From NCBI GenBank assembly GCA_036785375.1, contig JAWMAR010000314.1:1550001-1614000 (forward strand): a stretch of 64,000 bases of DNA, written 5' to 3'. The DNA comes from Leucoraja ocellata. Taxonomy: Eukaryota. Below, one piece after another: positions 59,269 to 64,000 of the stretch. The notes below the pieces were generated by a model. It had not been told where the DNA came from, ran no database searches, and saw nothing but the letters and a program-made list of their open reading frames with translations. Each line of letters opens with the position of its first letter. Within the stretch, counting starts at the first letter, position 1. The translations under genes and the position numbers were made by a program.

Positions 59269-60908
59269 AGCACCGGCAGATTACTGTCACGGTCTTCTGT
59301 ATTATGGAGTCTGATGGCAAATCCCAACTTCCAGCCAGTAGGTAAGCCGAGAAAGTCAAGGCCCAAGCTGTACTGTGCTGTGCTGCTGCCTGAAGCCAAC
59401 AACGTGGGCTGATGCGGATAATGTCAGCCTTCACAGTACAGCCTGATATTAGGGCCCATTCTATGCAAGGATCTATCTGTAAAACAGCAGAAGTTGCTGG
59501 AAACTGCCTGCCCTATTCCCACACTGACTTCTCTGTCCTGGGCCTCCTCCACTGTCATGCAAATTCGAGGAACACCACCTCATATTTTTCTTGGGCAGCT
59601 CACAAACCAGCGGTATGAACCTGAAATCAAGGCCACCAGCAAGCACCCCCCCCCTCTCTCCCCTCCCCATCCTAGTTATCCTACTTGTTCCACTGTTCGC
59701 AACCTTCACATCAGCACACCTTCTCCTCCACCCTTCCTGAGGTCATCTGTTGCTGGTCCTATTTTGTTCTGACCTTCTGACCAAACTCCGTACAGACAGC
59801 ACCCGTCGTCTGGGATCAAACCCGGGTCTCCGGCACTGCAAGTGCTGTAAGGCAGCAACTCTACCGCTGTGCCACCGTGTCACCCTGAATTGGTTCCGAA
59901 GGCTGAAGTAGATGCTCAAGTCTCCAACATGGGACTCGTACCAACACATTCAGAGACAGAGGCAGGGGCACTGGTGCTGAGCCAAGACCCGACACATAAG
60001 CACAGAGAGGCTGTATCCAAACCCAGACAGAGACGTTCTCTGTGCTGGTCCCTCATGCATAGCAGAATGTGTTCTGCACAGTGTCTAAAAGACTATGAAT
60101 GACTGCATTCTGATTTAGGTTGGCTGCCTGGAACCTCTCACGTTTCACTCTCCGCACATGTTGACCTTGGGCTCCTCTTTTGAATGCTATGTCCTTCTCT
60201 TACATATTGCGGTTCCCCTTGAAGGGAAGATATTTCCGTATCATCAAAATGCACCCATCTCTTGAGCACCCTGGCCAGAATTCCTGAAGGGCAAAACACT
60301 TGAGCAACTGAGCAGAGCCAACGTGCCAGTGTGATGTATCATCCCGCAAATGCCCCAACACATCAGTACTAATTGGCTCAGCTAGCTTCAGTTATCTCTG
60401 TCTGGGCTGCATCAGGCCTCCATACATTGTGTCTGCACCATCAGGTCCTTGGTCTCGGAAGGGCAAGCAAGAGAGGCTGGGAATGCATTAACTGGAGCTC
60501 TGAACCTGAAGTTGCAATATCAATGAACTACTTCATTTTGTTCATGCAAAGCAAGCACAAAACAGAATCTGCCATTTGTTACCAGTTTTCATCTCTTTCC
60601 CTTTTATCCCTTCACCCCCACCCCTGTGTGAAACAACCAACTTGTCCCTCTCTTTCCCGTGCCACTCTCATCCTTGTGTGTATCCATTCTTCCACATTCA
60701 ACCGCTTCTCCACCCACCCCTCCGCCCCCACACACACACACACGCACACGCACACAAACACCGTCTCTTTCATCTATATCCTGATCTCTGGGTTTACACT
60801 CCTCGTCTCTCCATATCCGGTTCCCTTTTGTCCCTTTTTCATCTCCAGCCTATCTGCCGCCCACCTGCAAGTGAACCCCCCACCTGTATCCACCTATCAC
60901 TTGGCAGG

Positions 60909-61091
60909 GTTTAAGAAGGAACTGCAGATGCTGGAGAATCGAAGGTTACCAAAAAAGCTGGAGAAACTCAGCGGGTGCAGCAGCATCTATGGAGCGAAGG
61001 AAATAGGCAACGTTTCGGGCCGAAACGTTGCTATTTCCTTCGCTCCATAGATGCTGCTGCACCCGCTGAGTTTCTCCAGCTTTTTTGTGTA
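60909..61091. mobile_element. Penelope-derived fold-back insertion nested in an older Penelope pLTR (60765-61255)
   Basis: Near-perfect ~68-bp arms centred on TTTCGGGCCGAAA; 17-bp TSD ACCTATCACTTG(G/T)CAGG at 60892-60908 and 61092-61108. Confidence 0.9.
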
Positions 61092-62002
61092 ACCTATCAC
61101 TTGTCAGGCTTTGGTCACCACTACTTCTCTTTTCCAGCTTTCTCCCCCTCACTCCATCAGCCTGAAGAAGGATCCTAACCCACAATGTCTTCTATCCATC
61201 CCCTCCACAGATGTTGCCTGACCGACTGAGTTACTCCAACGCCTGGTCATTCCTTGGGACTTTACCTCTCTTATATTCAGTTTGTGTTTCTGTTGCCGTT
61301 GCTAGAGCCAGTATCTGTGCACATCCCCTGCTGCCCATGATCTGCCACCATCACTGGGACAATATTCCAGTGCGGAGCAGGGTTGGAAGACTCTTGTTGT
61401 TCTTCAGGGATCAGGGATCAGCAGTGTTGCTCCTTCCACTACTCATTTTGAGAGACAGGTTGCAGTATATCTGGCAGCTTGCACAACCAACGCCATCAAT
61501 CAGAGCCACACGCTGCCACCAAGCTGTCAATGTCACAGCCGTCACCCTCTGACCACTCCACTTCCCCATTCGACCTGGTATCTCTCCTTCCCACACATCC
61601 TCGTTGTCCTATTCAGCCAGCCCCCAACTTTCTCTACAACTTAAAATTACCTTTCTTAATCTCTCTTCTCCACTTCTGATGAAGGGTCCTCTGACTTTGG
61701 TTCTCTCTCCATAGATGCTGTCCAACCCACTGGACGTTCCAAGCAGTTTCTGACTGAACGTCAGACTTCCAGCATTCCCTTTGGAATGTAGACGGATGAA
61801 GGCATCTCTTGGGGTGTGACTGTGCAGTGGAGCCACGCCACGGTGTCACACCGAAACACAACAAGTTAAAGGAAAGAACAACGGTGAGTAATGTTATTGA
61901 TCACGTCTGGCACTGAAGTTGGCAATGTGCCAGCACCTGCCAATCTGCAGCACCCTCACCACATTAACCTCTCAGGAAGCTCAGTGTATAACTTCTCATG
62001 CA

Positions 62003-62206
62003 NNNNNNNNNNNNNNNNNNNNNNNNNNNNNNNNNNNNNNNNNNNNNNNNNNNNNNNNNNNNNNNNNNNNNNNNNNNNNNNNNNNNNNNNNNNNNNNNNN
62101 NNNNNNNNNNNNNNNNNNNNNNNNNNNNNNNNNNNNNNNNNNNNNNNNNNNNNNNNNNNNNNNNNNNNNNNNNNNNNNNNNNNNNNNNNNNNNNNNNNNN
62201 NNNNNN
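62003..62206. other. Assembly gap
   Basis: Run of N. Confidence 1.
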
Positions 62207-62539
62207 CCTGTCTCTCTCTATCCTGTCTCTCGCCTCTCCCTCTCCTCTCTTACTTTCACACACATACACACACACACACATACATATATGTTCATACATA
62301 CATAGATATTAATAATTTGAAAACATATATATTTGTATTTATACGCACACACTATATTTTATGTATAAAATTGGGGGCACATTTACTAATGTGTAAAGTT
62401 ACATGATATATGTTAATAAACATAATTTGTAGCATTACCCAAACGCCACAATGCGTATAGACAGCAATTTTACAGCTCACCGTGCACTATGAGCCACATT
62501 TTTCCTTGTACTTGCAAGAAACTTACCTTTGCACTAGTA

Positions 62540-62840
62540 GGTACAGCTGGTAAAACCACTGCCTCACAGCGCCAGAGATGCAGGTTCGATCCTGACTTTG
62601 GGTGCTGCCTGTGTGTGCACATTCTCCTTGCGACCACGTGGGTTTCATACAGGTGCTCCGGTTTCCTCCTGCATCCCGAAGAAATGCAGATGAATTGTCA
62701 TCTGCAAATTGCCCCCAGTTCATCAGGAGTGGTTGCGAGTGGGATAACATAGAACTAATGTGAATGGGTGATCGATGGTCGGCATGGACTTGGTGGGTTG
62801 AACGGCCTGTTTCCATGCCGTATCTGTAAACTCACTAAAC
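62540..62840 (+). mobile_element. HE1-type V-SINE, degenerate
   Basis: CTGCCTCACAGCGCCAGAG..GGTTCGATCC, V-domain, GGCCTGTTTCC 3' end. Confidence 0.8.
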
Positions 62841-62932
62841 ACATAAGGACTGTGATATTTAAGTAATGTTCCCTAGCACTAAGGGAATACCAATACTGTA
62901 TCACTTTTCCATGCCAATGTGAACATATTTAC

Positions 62933-63103
62933 TTCAGTCGGTTTGGAATCTCATATAATGCTTGGCCAGGTTCCCTGATAATTACCCAGACTCTCAGTGG
63001 CCCTTTTATTAATTCGCAACCTGGCTGACTCAAGTGTTTGGTCTCACTCTGGCCTTTAGCAGGTTCATCTGCATCAGTCGCGGTGGGGGAAGAAGCTGCC
63101 CTC
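62933..63103 (-). other. Candidate internal exon (171 bp, phase 2-2), product unrecognised
   Basis: Pyrimidine tract plus CCATCAG acceptor; open frame RAASSPTATDADEPAKG..ALYEIPNRL; GAA|GTAAAT donor. Confidence 0.25.
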
Positions 63104-63168
63104 CTGATGGGGGACATGGAAGAAGATTTAAAGGAAACAGCAGATAAAAAGAGATATATCTTCCGTTG

Positions 63169-63413
63169 CAGGGGGCGGAAAACCTGGGGGGGCCAGAGGG
63201 GACACGTCCCCCCCCCCCCATGTTTTGAGAGGGGGGACATCCCCCCCCCCCCCCCCCCGAGTTTTTGTGATCCCGATTTTAAAAAAGCATTTTTAGCGCT
63301 GGATTGAGCCTCAGAAGCCTCGTGCGTGTGTGTGAGTGTGCGCATGCGCGAGTGGCCACCAAAACATTGTGTCCCCCGTCCCCTCCATGTTTTGATAGTG
63401 AGTTCTGTTCTTG
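63169..63413. mobile_element. hAT-like non-autonomous DNA transposon
   Basis: CAGGGGGCGGAAA terminus, CCATGTTTTGA subterminal motifs, 8-bp TSD TTCCGTTG / TTCCATTG; reverse-orientation relative of 32763-33480. Confidence 0.8.
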
Positions 63414-63846
63414 TTCCATTGTCTCCATTTATACCTCACGCTGCCTCGACAAGACAAGCAACATAATCAAGGGCAGGTCGCACCCTGGCCACTCCCACTT
63501 CTCCCCTCCCCCATCAGGCAAAAGGTATAGAATTGTGAACACGCACTCCTCCAGATTCAGGGACAGTTTCTTCCCAGCTGTCATCAGGCAACTGAACCAT
63601 CCTACTGCAACCAGGGAGCAGTACTGCAACTACTATCTACCTCATCGGGGACCCTTGGACTATCTTTGATCGGACTTTACTGGCTTCACCACGCACTAAA
63701 CGTTATTCCCTTATCATGTATCCATACACTGTGAATGGCTCGATTGTAATCATGTATTGTCTTTCTGCTGGCTGGTTAGCACGCAACAAAATAGTGAGAT
63801 TTACACACGTGACAATATATCAAACAGAACTGAACGGGACTGAACA
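63414..63846 (+). mobile_element. Rex-Babar LINE 3' fragment
   Basis: SIYTSRCLDKTSNIIK..HPGHSHFSPPPSGKRYR..RFRDSFFPAVIRQLN, 3' UTR, GTGACAAT and ACTGA-like tail. Confidence 0.85.
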
Positions 63847-64000
63847 GCAAGTCATTTGAATCAAAAATGTAGACATGGTTAAGCAAAAAACAATCTGCTG
63901 GAGGAAATAAATTACTCATACAAAATCCGTTGTCACATAGAAACATAGAAAATCGGTGCAGGAGGAGGCCATTCGGCCCTTCGAACCAGCACCGCCATTC

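Larger units (their letters stand above)
57100..59640. repeat. Degenerate ~30-bp-unit minisatellite in head-to-head orientation
   Basis: Left units resemble GGCCTTGACTTCAGGCTGCATTGTGCAG, right units its reverse complement; switch near 58190; 35/38 inverted repeat at 58028-58065 / 58387-58424. Confidence 0.6.

Noticed and set aside
61792-61883. Plus-strand exon candidate with ACG|GTGAGT donor
   Set aside because: Stop codons in all three frames; at most a non-coding exon, with no further support.

Overview
Repeat-saturated, non-coding vertebrate DNA, intronic or intergenic. The host is very probably a cartilaginous fish (skate/ray-like), inferred from about 20 HE1-type V-SINEs plus CR1, Rex-Babar and Neptune-type Penelope families. 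I recognise no host protein-coding gene; two minus-strand exon candidates are weak. The recognisable coding sequence is all transposon-derived: a 5'-complete CR1 LINE with its RT core deleted (23.7-27.1 kb), a HERO-clade restriction-like-endonuclease fragment (27.4-28.2 kb), a Penelope-like RT (29.0-30.3 kb) and a 5'-truncated Rex-Babar LINE with an uninterrupted 577-aa RT ORF (50.1-51.9 kb). Non-autonomous DNA elements include tandem Helitrons, Harbinger-like MITEs and hAT-like elements with 8-bp TSDs. Most notable structures: (i) many ~180-300 bp Penelope-derived fold-back insertions, several with clear TSDs, whose inversion point lies in or next to a minimal hammerhead-ribozyme motif, plus a tandem hammerhead pair; (ii) a CpG-rich non-autonomous retroposon family with a shared body and stem-loop but different LINE tails (Rex-like vs L2-like), whose modules also occur inside hAT-like elements; (iii) a decayed ~2.5 kb head-to-head minisatellite at 57.1-59.6 kb. 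There are four N gaps. All family names come from motif recognition, not database searches.
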